Of a stretch of 64,000 nt of DNA, positions 30,649 to 40,901 are shown in pieces. Made by a program: the position numbers and the translations under genes. The DNA lies in assembly GCA_963664305.2 (NCBI GenBank), contig CAXXLV010000002.1, positions 1,536,001 through 1,600,000 on the forward strand. Reading direction: 5' to 3'. The notes beneath the pieces were generated by a model that worked only from the letters and a program-made list of their open reading frames with translations, was not told where the DNA came from and made no database searches. Numbering within the stretch: the first letter of the stretch is position 1; each line of letters starts with the position of its first letter. The DNA comes from an uncultured Aliarcobacter sp. GTDB lineage: Bacteria > Campylobacterota > Campylobacteria > Campylobacterales > Arcobacteraceae.

Positions 30649-30784
30649 AAAAATTACTTTTTCTTTGTAATTATTTTGTATTCAAATTATAGATAAATTC
30701 GCACTTTCTACACATTTTCTAAAAAGCCTTACATATCTTTTAAATATAAAGATTATGTAAATATTTTTCACAAAAATTGCACAC

Positions 30785-31042
30785 CTATTTTATCTTTTCT
30801 TCTAGAAGTTTTATTTTTTCTTCTAAAGCTTTAATTGTTGGAATCATTTTACCAACTACTTCATCTAAATTCGTATATCCTTCTAGATTACCTTTGATTT
30901 CATTTTCTTTTTGTAAGCCCAATTCAATCAATTTAATTAATTCAGGTTTTGTATCTATCCAGTTATAAATTGTTCCAACAGATATATTAATTCTATCTGC
31001 AATTAATTCTTTTTCTTTTCTCGTTAGTTCTTTAATATACAT
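30785..31042 (-). CDS. Phage repressor-like HTH protein with C-terminal coiled coil
   Basis: ELIADRINISVGTIYNW HTH; divergent from structural operon; SD GGAG before ATG 31042. Confidence 0.7.
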   Translation of the reverse strand: MYIKELTRKEKELIADRINISVGTIYNWIDTKPELIKLIELGLQKENEIKGNLEGYTNLDEVVGKMIPTIKALEEKIKLLEEKIK

Positions 31043-31354
31043 TTTTCTCTCCTTTCCGTACAAATATTAAATTATATACAAATATTAAGCTTAATTTAAT
31101 TATTAAACTATTACAATTCATTAATTTAAATATTGAATTTTATTCAACTATTGAATTACTGTTTATAATTTAGATTAAAAGATTTAAATGCAAACTACAT
31201 GCAAATTCTATCAAAAATCTAATTATTGTACAAATTCTAATTATTTTAATATTGAATTTACTCCCTCTGTAAGTTCAGTTAGTCAAATGAGGGGAAAGAC
31301 ATTTTAGTCGTAGCCGATTGGTATTAAATCGATTAAATAATAAAAGGAAAAAAT

Positions 31355-31735
31355 ATGTCAACTGAAAAAACTACAAACAACTTAGTAAAACCAATTCAAT
31401 TAACTGAACATGGTTGTTATTTATATGGTACTTTAGATGGTATCGACTTTACTGCTTCTGGTGTATTCCCTGAAACTAAAAAACCTTATGGTGCTAGTGT
31501 TAAACTTAAATTTATTATGAAAACATTAAGTCATAAAGAATTAAATGGTGTAAAAATTCCAGTTCAAAATGCTAGGTCTGTAATTGTTAAATTAAATACA
31601 ACAGATGACAAATTACCTGCTTTAGTTCAAAAATATAATGAATTAGTAAGTAAAAACTTATTTGTAAATTATATTCCTAAAGATGGAGATGTTTTAAATA
31701 TTGATGATGAAAATGAGATTATTGAAATAAAGTAA
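31355..31735 (+). CDS. Putative phage ssDNA-binding protein (pV-like)
   Basis: Size and position as first gene before the coat genes; beta-rich; strong SD; no motif proof. Confidence 0.5.
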   Translation: MSTEKTTNNLVKPIQLTEHGCYLYGTLDGIDFTASGVFPETKKPYGASVKLKFIMKTLSHKELNGVKIPVQNARSVIVKLNTTDDKLPALVQKYNELVSKNLFVNYIPKDGDVLNIDDENEIIEIK

Positions 31736-32056
31736 TTTCTTAATGTTGGGGCATTGAGTTTTAATTCCGTACACTCTTGTAAGTCCCCCTCCATTATATA
31801 AGACTCGATTTTTAAAAATACAGAAGATATCTCGGCTCGTTAGATATGTAAGACTGTAATTTTTAAAAATGAGTAAACAAACGAAGTGCGTTAGGCTTCA
31901 AATGATGACTATGAAAAGTCTAGCTATTTGCTACTAGATGGCTCTTTGCACGAATAGAAAAAAATATAAATATTGTTGAGTACATATTTTTTGTGTATTC
32001 AATTTTCTTTATATATGTGTTTGTAGCACATAACTTTAATTTTACGGAGTCACGTT

Positions 32057-32173
32057 ATGGATTTAACAGGTTTAGTTTTTAATACTTCTGATGCTATGGA
32101 AGTTGGGGTTTTAGTTTTAATTGGTACTGGAGTAATCTGGGGTATTAGAAAAGCTATTGGTATGGCTAAGTAA
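32057..32173 (+). CDS. Major coat protein candidate (pVIII-like), 38 aa, no signal peptide: MDLTGLVFNTSDAMEVGVLVLIGTGVIWGIRKAIGMAK
   Basis: SD GGAG; acidic N-terminus, hydrophobic core, basic C-terminus; followed by a hairpin; not in ORF track. Confidence 0.75.
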   Translation: MDLTGLVFNTSDAMEVGVLVLIGTGVIWGIRKAIGMAK

Positions 32174-32190
32174 GGGGGATTTTCTCCCTT
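32172..32190 (+). terminator. Hairpin after the major coat gene
   Basis: AAGGGGGA-TTT-TCTCCCTT then T-rich tail; Ff phages have a terminator after gene VIII. Confidence 0.6.
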
Positions 32191-32226
32191 ATTTCTATTT
32201 CTAAATTTTTTTATAAAGGTTTACAA

Positions 32227-32349
32227 GTGGAAATATTACAAACTTTTACTATCTCTTTCTCTAACTTATCAATTCTTGGAACTGCTCTAATTTTATATCT
32301 AGCTGTTCTTTGGTCTGTAAAAAAAACAATTGAAATAATCTGGGCTTAA
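32227..32349 (+). CDS. Small single-TM virion protein candidate, 40 aa (pVII/pIX-like)
   Basis: GTG start, SD AAGG; MEILQTFTISFSNLSILGTALILYLAVLWSVKKTIEIIWA. Confidence 0.6.
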   Translation: MEILQTFTISFSNLSILGTALILYLAVLWSVKKTIEIIWA

Positions 32350-32350
32350 T

Positions 32351-32494
32351 ATGTATTCATCTACTGATATCGCAACTTATTTAAATCTTTCTTTACAAGA
32401 TTATAGTTTTTTAATGGCTTTAACTGGTTCTTTGTGTGGTTTTACTTTTTTGTTCTTTGCTTGTTATTTAGCTATTGAAATTGGGAGAAAATAA
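32351..32494 (+). CDS. Small single-TM virion protein candidate, 47 aa
   Basis: MYSSTDIATYLNLSLQDYSFLMALTGSLCGFTFLFFACYLAIEIGRK; 1-nt gaps to both neighbouring ORFs. Confidence 0.6.
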   Translation: MYSSTDIATYLNLSLQDYSFLMALTGSLCGFTFLFFACYLAIEIGRK

Positions 32495-32495
32495 T

Positions 32496-32666
32496 ATGAA
32501 ATTAGTTCTATTACTTTTAGTTTTTATTGTTCCATCTTTTGCAAATGATTTAATTATTGTTGCAATAACTCCAGATGATACTTTTAATTTTTTCTTTTCA
32601 ATTTATGTAAATATATCTTTAGTTCTAGCTACTCTTTTTGGTGCTATGGCTCTTATTAGGTCTTAA
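32496..32666 (+). CDS. Small phage membrane protein, 56 aa, with signal peptide
   Basis: MKLVLLLLVFIVPSFA-ND..., C-terminal TM segment; SD GGAG. Confidence 0.6.
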   Translation: MKLVLLLLVFIVPSFANDLIIVAITPDDTFNFFFSIYVNISLVLATLFGAMALIRS

Positions 32667-32668
32667 TT

Positions 32669-34125
<1,457 letters not shown>

Positions 34126-34129
<4 letters not shown>

Positions 34130-34539
34130 TTAATTTAATTTATGCTATTGGTACATATTTAATTACTAAGTTTGGAAAGACTGTTGCTCTTTCTATTATG
34201 TTTGCAACTAATAAAGCTTTGTTGTTTTCTTTAATAGTTTTGTTTATAACAACTCTTTTTAACCTTTTAATGACTACTTATGAAACTGTACAATCAATCT
34301 TCACTAAAATTGAATCTCTTGCTAATGGTTCTTCTATATCTGGATTATCTGATTGTTTTAATATTATTGTTTCATCAACAATCAATGCAACTGGTTTCTT
34401 TGAAGCTTTTAATGTTGTGGGTCCTACATTGTTTTTAGTTTACTTTACTTACTTCAATGTTTTTCTACTAGGTTTTTCTATTGATATCTATAGATTTATA
34501 GATAAATCTGTTACAGAATTTGCTCTTATTGTGAAGTAG
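34126..34539 (+). CDS. Hydrophobic virion protein (pVI-like)
   Basis: Multi-TM; lies between pIII and pI; TTGA overlap. Confidence 0.65.
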
Positions 34540-34545
34540 TTTAAC

Positions 34546-35637
34546 ATGATTCAATTTTGTACGGGAATACCAGGAAGTGGAAAAAGCTATTATGGAATTT
34601 TTAATATAGCTATTCACTTTGCTAAAGATTTAAAAGATAATAAAAAATTTAAATCTTTTGCTCTTAGTGATACTAAATATAAAACTTGTTTAACTAACTT
34701 GAATGAGTTTAAATTTGAAAAATTTGATAATGTTAAAGAATTAGATTTTACTCAATTCAAAGTTATATTAACTAGATTACATAATCTTTATAAAATAGGT
34801 AAATCAGATACAGAATTACAAGAATATGTAAAAGATGAAGATTTCTTTAATACTTTGATTGTTTTTGATGAATGTCAAAATTTCTTAAATAAAGATGATG
34901 AAGTTCTAGTGTGGTGGCTTTCATATCATAGACATTTCCATCAAGATATTATATTAATTACTCAAGATTTACCTTTAGTTCATAAAAAATATAAATCTTT
35001 TACAGAGTTTTATTATAAAGCAATTCCAAGCTCTAGAAAACTTTTTAATTCTCACATGATTTACCATCAATTTACAGGACACCAATTATTCCAAACTCAA
35101 AAAGCTAATACTAAAAAATTACCTATTGTAAAAGAAATGTTTTCTTTATATGGTTCTGGAGAAAACAATAAACAAAAATCTCTTGTAGTTCACTTCTTAG
35201 TTTTTTCATTCTTCTTATTAATTCTTTTATTTATTTTTGCATATTTTTTTGTTTCTTCAATGACTAAAGATGAACCTAAAAAAGATAATAAACCTTTACC
35301 AGTTCAAACACATAATATTAATTCTATTCCAACACCAGTAAAAAAAATTGATGAATTTGAAAGTGCAACTTACTATGAAATATTTTGTAATAAAAATCTT
35401 TGTTTTGTAAATAACAATGTTTTTACTAGAGAATATTTATTAAATATCTTGAGTAAAGAATATAAAACAAGATTTATTCAAATTACTAAAAATAAATATT
35501 ATCTAGTGACTACCGATAAATATAACCTATTTGAAAAAAAGGAGAAAATTAAAGATGAAAATAGTATTAATTCTGGGTTTGATTTTAAGTTGTTTAATAG
35601 CCAACCCCAACCAACAACAGAACCTAAATCAAAATAA
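34546..35637 (+). CDS. Morphogenesis ATPase pI / Zot-like
   Basis: GIPGSGKS Walker A, IVFDECQ Walker B, HRH...ILITQ, TM segment after the ATPase. Confidence 0.9.
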   Translation: MIQFCTGIPGSGKSYYGIFNIAIHFAKDLKDNKKFKSFALSDTKYKTCLTNLNEFKFEKFDNVKELDFTQFKVILTRLHNLYKIGKSDTELQEYVKDEDFFNTLIVFDECQNFLNKDDEVLVWWLSYHRHFHQDIILITQDLPLVHKKYKSFTEFYYKAIPSSRKLFNSHMIYHQFTGHQLFQTQKANTKKLPIVKEMFSLYGSGENNKQKSLVVHFLVFSFFLLILLFIFAYFFVSSMTKDEPKKDNKPLPVQTHNINSIPTPVKKIDEFESATYYEIFCNKNLCFVNNNVFTREYLLNILSKEYKTRFIQITKNKYYLVTTDKYNLFEKKEKIKDENSINSGFDFKLFNSQPQPTTEPKSK

Positions 35638-36826
35638 TTTAGAGTATGTAGAAACTGATTTAAAATCTTTTTCTATTGAAGTATTATCTAGTTTAGATAA
35701 AACATTCATCATTCAAGATGATTTGCTAAAAGATATAGTTGTTTACTATAAACCAGAACAAAATAATCTTAACTTCTTAATTCAAGTTTTAAATAACAAT
35801 GATTATGAAATTAAGATATCTAATAATGTTTACTATATTTTAAAAAAGAAAGAGTTAGAAGTTCTAAAAGAGGATTTAGTTGTTAATACTATCCAACTTC
35901 ATAAAATAGATTTTGAATATATAAAAACTCTTTTTGCAGTTTATAAAGATATAGAATATACTTTTATTCCATCTTCTAAACTTTTAATTTTAAAATCTAC
36001 TCAAGCTGATTATGAAAATATTAAAAAGATTGTTTCTTATGTTGATAACACTCCAAAACAATTAAAAGTTAAAATCACTATTCTTGATACAAACCTAAAC
36101 AAAATAAAAGAGTATGGAACAGAATTAACTCAAAATATAAATCAATCATCTAATTTTTTCTTTAATCTTTTAGCATATCCTTTTCAAGTATCTAGTAATA
36201 TAAACTCTACTCAAAAAGATAATTTTACTTCATTTGTTAAACTTCTTAATCAAAATAAAATTACTGAACTTGTTGCAAGTCCAACTTTAACACTTTCAGA
36301 TAATGAAGCAGTTGCTTTTAATCTTGTAAAAAATATTCCTTATCTTTCAGGCTCTACAACTGTTGATGATAATAACACTAAAACAACAAATACATACACT
36401 TACAAAGATATAGGTTTAAAAATCTCAATTACACCTAAAATTTATAATGATGAAGTTCAAATTAACTTAGAACTTACAAGTGAGTCAATCTTGGATAGTT
36501 CAAACACTCCTAAAACTTCAAAATCATTTATTAAACAAGTTTTTTCATTAGCTAAAAATAGATTATTTGTTTTAACTGGTATCAATCAAACTCAAAAATA
36601 TGAAGATACTCAAAAGACTACTTTTTTAGGAGATATTCCTTTTTTAGGTTGGTTATTTAAAACAGATACAAATGATACAACTTCTTCAAATTTAACTATT
36701 TTACTTGAACTAATAAATGAAGATGATTACTCAACAAATGACTTTAATGTGATAGTTCCAAATAAAAAAATTCAATCTTTGGAACATGAAAAAAGAGTTA
36801 ATGAAATCTTAGGTTTGAAAAATTAA
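35555..36826 (+). CDS. Secretin (pIV-like phage extrusion channel)
   Basis: SPTLTL.DN, YKDIGLKISITPKI, LGDIPFLGWLFK secretin motifs; signal peptide from ATG 35555. Confidence 0.88.
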   Translation: MKIVLILGLILSCLIANPNQQQNLNQNNLEYVETDLKSFSIEVLSSLDKTFIIQDDLLKDIVVYYKPEQNNLNFLIQVLNNNDYEIKISNNVYYILKKKELEVLKEDLVVNTIQLHKIDFEYIKTLFAVYKDIEYTFIPSSKLLILKSTQADYENIKKIVSYVDNTPKQLKVKITILDTNLNKIKEYGTELTQNINQSSNFFFNLLAYPFQVSSNINSTQKDNFTSFVKLLNQNKITELVASPTLTLSDNEAVAFNLVKNIPYLSGSTTVDDNNTKTTNTYTYKDIGLKISITPKIYNDEVQINLELTSESILDSSNTPKTSKSFIKQVFSLAKNRLFVLTGINQTQKYEDTQKTTFLGDIPFLGWLFKTDTNDTTSSNLTILLELINEDDYSTNDFNVIVPNKKIQSLEHEKRVNEILGLKN

Positions 36827-36841
36827 TTTAAAGGTTAAAAA

Positions 36842-37045
36842 ATGAAACAATCAAGAATACTAAAAATGAAAATTCTTATTTTAAAAACAAATATTTTTAA
36901 AACTATTAAAGATTATGATTTAAAACCTTCTTTTATTTATCATCCTTTTACAAAACAGTTTATTGGAAAGTGTATTTTAGATTGCAAATTATTAGAATTA
37001 AAAAAATTAGAAAATGAATTAAAAAATTTAGCCACGACTTTTTAA
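36842..37045 (+). CDS. Hypothetical 67-aa basic phage protein
   Basis: SD AAGG; co-oriented after pIV; no recognised motif. Confidence 0.5.
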   Translation: MKQSRILKMKILILKTNIFKTIKDYDLKPSFIYHPFTKQFIGKCILDCKLLELKKLENELKNLATTF

Positions 37046-37179
37046 ATCATAAAATTTAAAAAGTGTGGGAACTATTGGAAGATATCTAACCTATTAATGA
37101 ATATTTACCCAATAGTTTAACGAGCAAATGGTTTACCTTTTATAGGTTTTAAATTGAGTGGAGTAACAAAAACAACTTT

Positions 37180-37224
37180 CTCACAAGTGGCAGCTTGTCT
37201 GCCACTGTGAGGAAGTCTTGATTA
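37180..37224 (+). other. Candidate rolling-circle origin (GC-rich hairpin plus TCTTGATTA)
   Basis: CTCAC-A-AGTGGCAG/CTGCCACT-GTGAG stem at 37180-37211, directly upstream of rep. Confidence 0.55.
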
Positions 37225-37264
37225 CTTTTAAAAAAGTTACTACACCTAAATAGGAGAAATAGAA

Positions 37265-38578
37265 ATGTACGGAATTACTAAAGAAGATATCCAAGTTATT
37301 GATATAAAACTAGAAGAACAAAGAAAATATATTACAAGTAGATTTTTTGATTTTGGGGACGAGTCAAAGTCAGCTTTAGAGTTCACATACTCTGCAAACT
37401 TAAATCCTAAAAAGTATTTCGCAGAAATGAATAACAGAATTAACAGTATCTTTGATTATGCAAGGGAATTAAATTTAAAACCAGTATTTTGCACAATTAC
37501 AGCACCCTCAAAATATCACAAATGTAATGTAAATGGAGAGTTAAAAATCAATCCAAATGAAACAGCAAAAGAACTAACACAAATATTTAATAAATTTACA
37601 AATCTAAGGATTTTCCAAAAGATGAAAAAACAATTAGGACATGGGCTTATTTACTTTAGAGTTTATGAACCTCATAAATCAGGAGTTCCACATTTACACG
37701 CTATGTTATTTGTTCCAACTGATTATATACTAGATATAAAAAAGAAATTCTATGAATATTTTACAAATAAAGTAAAATGGGGAAATAATAGAAAATCTTT
37801 AGATTTTAAATATACTTGGTATAACTCTGCAGGTGGTGCAATAGCTTATATTATGAAGTATGTAACTAAGACTTTTAAAAATGAAAGTGATAAATCAACT
37901 CAATATGCTTCATATTGGTATATTAAACATAACATTAGAAGATTTCTTTGTTCAAGGACTTTAGCACCTCTTACAATTTATAGAAAAATTAGATACTTCT
38001 TTAAAAACCAAAAAAACGATTATCTAAAAGTTACTGAACTAATTAAGAATAATCAAATACATAGATTATTTGAAAATACAACTTACTCATATATGCGATT
38101 TAACTATGAAACTGGAGAAATTGAAGATATCACAGTTTGGCAAAAAAATACAGATTTAATTCTAAGAAGTAGAATAAAACTAAATGAAACTTTCAAACTA
38201 GAATATAAGAAAAAAGAACATAAAAAGGCTCTTTCTGTATTTGTAAATGACTTTGTAAAATATGTACATAGTGAAACTTTAAATAAATTTGTTTTACTTC
38301 CAGTAATACCAAGTAAACTAAAAGATTACCAACTAAATAACTATTACCATATTTTAGAAAATACAGATATTGATTCCCTTGATTTAGTACATTTTGAATT
38401 AGTTAAAAATGAAATGATTAAAAGAGGATTCCTAAATCAAACACCAACCAATATGAATGAATTTATAAAAGATTTTAATTTTAATCCCTTTATGAGTTCA
38501 ATCGAAAAAGTTAAATTTTCTAGAGTATTTGAACATGATTTAAACATTCCGTTTGTATCACATCAAAATTTATTTTAA
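37265..38578 (+). CDS. HUH rolling-circle replication initiator (gpA-like, two Tyr)
   Basis: FCTITAPSKYH (motif I), EPHKSGVPHLH (HUH), AYIMKYVTKT (YxxKY). Confidence 0.88.
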   Translation: MYGITKEDIQVIDIKLEEQRKYITSRFFDFGDESKSALEFTYSANLNPKKYFAEMNNRINSIFDYARELNLKPVFCTITAPSKYHKCNVNGELKINPNETAKELTQIFNKFTNLRIFQKMKKQLGHGLIYFRVYEPHKSGVPHLHAMLFVPTDYILDIKKKFYEYFTNKVKWGNNRKSLDFKYTWYNSAGGAIAYIMKYVTKTFKNESDKSTQYASYWYIKHNIRRFLCSRTLAPLTIYRKIRYFFKNQKNDYLKVTELIKNNQIHRLFENTTYSYMRFNYETGEIEDITVWQKNTDLILRSRIKLNETFKLEYKKKEHKKALSVFVNDFVKYVHSETLNKFVLLPVIPSKLKDYQLNNYYHILENTDIDSLDLVHFELVKNEMIKRGFLNQTPTNMNEFIKDFNFNPFMSSIEKVKFSRVFEHDLNIPFVSHQNLF

Positions 38579-38667
38579 GGATTAAAAAAAGACAAAAAAG
38601 AGTTATTTTCTTGTTATTTTATTTTCAATAGTTATTTACTATTATAAATTAATATAAAGGAAAATTT

Positions 38668-38951
38668 ATGTCGTATGATTCTTTTAAAAATTTGGATTTA
38701 ATTCCAACTTTGTTAGAGAAACTTTTTTTTTAGAGGAAAAAATAAAATTATTGGAAAATAATCTTATTCAAACTCCTGATTTAACAAAAAGAAAAAATGT
38801 GAGAGAATATCTTGATATCTCTGAATCAACTTTAAATAATATGTTTAAAGATGGAAGATTAAAACAAGGTTATCACTATCATAAATCTTTTAAGAATAAT
38901 AGGATTAAGATTGTATTTGTAGAAAGTGCGATTAAGGAGTTGAAAAAATGA
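38668..38951 (+). pseudogene. Excisionase-like HTH gene interrupted by a T9 tract (frameshifted or phase-variable)
   Basis: SD AAGGA plus ATG 38668; stop at codon 22 (TAG 38731); -1 frame continues LEEKIKLLENN...VREYLDISESTL (HTH) and overlaps the integrase start. Confidence 0.7.
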
Positions 38952-39964
38952 CTTTTTCTAATCGTAATGGAAAATTATATGTTTCGATAAATGGTGTAAG
39001 AAAATCAACTAAATTAAAATATTCAAAAGAGAATATTAAAAAGTTTAAATCTTATTATCAAGATGAAGAGTTCTTTAACAAATTTAATATTAATAAATCT
39101 GTTCCAACTATTGTAGATTTATGTTATGAAGTTCTTGAGATAAAAGAAAAGCATTTAAAACGAAATTCTTATAGGTGTTATCTTGCTTTAATTGAAAGTA
39201 GAATAGTTCCATATTTTAAAAAAATGTATGTTACTGAATTAAAACCTATAGATGTTTATAACTGGTTTAATACTTTTAGTTCTTCTCAAACTTTAAATAT
39301 CTGCTATACAATCCTAAAAAGTGCTTTTGAAAGAGCTATTATAAAAAACTATATTTCTTCAAGTCCTTTTATAATTAAAAGACCTAAAATAAAAACAAAT
39401 TATAAAATTAATCCTTTCACTTTTGATGAAGCTAAAAAAATTATTGAATTTGCTCCACATAATTTAAAAAACTTTTTTGGTTTTGCTTTCTTTACTGGGG
39501 CAAGAACTGGAGAAATATTTGGTTTAAAGTGGAATAATGTAGATTTTGAAAACTTCAATATAAAAATTGATTCTCAAATTACAATGGGTTGTATAGATAC
39601 TCCTAAAACTTTATCTAGTGAAAGAGTTATTGATATGCTGCCACAATGTGAATATTACTTAAAAGAACAATTTAAAATTACTGGAGCTTATGAATTTGTT
39701 TTTTTAAATGAGCATAATAATTACTATACTTCGACTTCTGTTTTTAAACATATTTGGGTTCAGCTCCTTAAAGATTTAAAATTAGAATATAGAAGTGTTT
39801 ATCAAACAAGACACACTTTTGCTAGTAATATGATTTCAGGTGGAGAGAATCCTCTTTGGGTTTCACAAATGTTAGGACATAAATCTCTAAATACTACTTT
39901 AACTAAGTATTCAAGATATATAAAAAGAAATGAAATAAGAAAATATACATTTTTAGATTCTTAA
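38948..39964 (+). CDS. Tyrosine recombinase / phage integrase
   Basis: TGARTGE (R), PKT (K), YQTRHTFAS, LGH, Y. Confidence 0.93.
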   Translation: MTFSNRNGKLYVSINGVRKSTKLKYSKENIKKFKSYYQDEEFFNKFNINKSVPTIVDLCYEVLEIKEKHLKRNSYRCYLALIESRIVPYFKKMYVTELKPIDVYNWFNTFSSSQTLNICYTILKSAFERAIIKNYISSSPFIIKRPKIKTNYKINPFTFDEAKKIIEFAPHNLKNFFGFAFFTGARTGEIFGLKWNNVDFENFNIKIDSQITMGCIDTPKTLSSERVIDMLPQCEYYLKEQFKITGAYEFVFLNEHNNYYTSTSVFKHIWVQLLKDLKLEYRSVYQTRHTFASNMISGGENPLWVSQMLGHKSLNTTLTKYSRYIKRNEIRKYTFLDS

Positions 39965-40014
39965 ATCCAATTTTTTAACAGTTTAAAATTAGGGATTGTT
40001 TTTTGGGGATTTTG

Positions 40015-40032
40015 TAGTTAATAAATAGTTGA
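40015..40032 (+). repeat. attR core TAGTTAATAAATAGTTGA
   Basis: 50 nt after the integrase stop; exact copy of 30631-30648. Confidence 0.88.
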
Positions 40033-40189
40033 TTTTTTGTAAATAAATTGCAAGTTTGTAAAATAATTTTTAGAAAATTTTTTTATATTTTATAAATTTA
40101 AAAATTTAGCTTAAAAAAGCTTTAAATTTTCTATTTTTTATGATACAATTCCGACCAAATTTAAATTTAACTTAAATTTAAGGAAAAAT

Positions 40190-40879
40190 ATGAGAATTTT
40201 GATTATTGAAGACGAAATTACACTAAACAGAACATTACAAGAAGGTCTAACTGACTTTGGATATCAAGTTGATACTGCAGAAAACTATAAAGATGCAGAA
40301 TATTTCATTGATATTAGAAACTATGACTTAGTATTAACAGATTGGATGTTACCAGATGGTGATGGTATTGAACTTTGCAAAATTGTAAAAAATAGAAGTT
40401 CAAGAACAGCTGTTGTTATAATCTCAGCTAGAGACGATAAAGAATCAGAAATTGAAGCATTAAAATCTGGTGCAGATGATTTTATTAAAAAACCATTTGA
40501 TTTTGACATTTTACTTGCAAGAATTGAAGCAAGATTAAGATTTGGTGGAACAAACGTAATCGAAATTGATGATTTAGTAATTAATCCTGATGAAGAAAAA
40601 ATTGAATATGCTGGTGAAGAGATTGAATTAAAAGGTAAACCTTTTGAAGTTTTAACTCACTTAGCAAGACACAGAGACCAAATTGTTTCTAAAGAGCAAT
40701 TATTAGATGCAATCTGGGAAGAACCAGAATTAGTTACTCCAAACGTTATTGAAGTTGCGATTAACCAAATTAGACAAAAAATGGATAAACCATTAAATAT
40801 CTCTACTATTGAAACTATCAGAAGAAGAGGATATAGATTCTGTTATCCAAATGCTGCGGAAGAAACTAAATTAAAATAA
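40190..40879 (+). CDS. OmpR-family regulator, HsrA(HP1043)/CosR type
   Basis: IRNYDLV, KGKPFEVLTHLARHRDQIVSKEQLLDAIWEEPE, VIEVAINQIRQKMDKPL. Confidence 0.9.
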   Translation: MRILIIEDEITLNRTLQEGLTDFGYQVDTAENYKDAEYFIDIRNYDLVLTDWMLPDGDGIELCKIVKNRSSRTAVVIISARDDKESEIEALKSGADDFIKKPFDFDILLARIEARLRFGGTNVIEIDDLVINPDEEKIEYAGEEIELKGKPFEVLTHLARHRDQIVSKEQLLDAIWEEPELVTPNVIEVAINQIRQKMDKPLNISTIETIRRRGYRFCYPNAAEETKLK

Positions 40880-40901
40880 TTTCTCTGTACGGTATTTAAA
40901 A

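Noticed and set aside
31869..31937. 22-aa ORF MSKQTKCVRLQMMTMKSLAICY in the phage non-coding gap
   Set aside because: No SD, start lies inside a hairpin arm, no coat-like features
34546..35637. Zot as an enterotoxin virulence gene
   Set aside because: Context shows it is the phage assembly ATPase; toxin activity cannot be inferred from sequence
35555..36826. Secretin as part of a type II secretion or type IV pilus system
   Set aside because: No other T2SS or pilus genes nearby; it overlaps pI as phage gene IV does
38625..38641. Partial reverse-complement similarity to the att core, and recurring AATAGTT words in the prophage, as integrase arm sites
   Set aside because: Short AT-rich matches needing a gap; expected by chance at this composition
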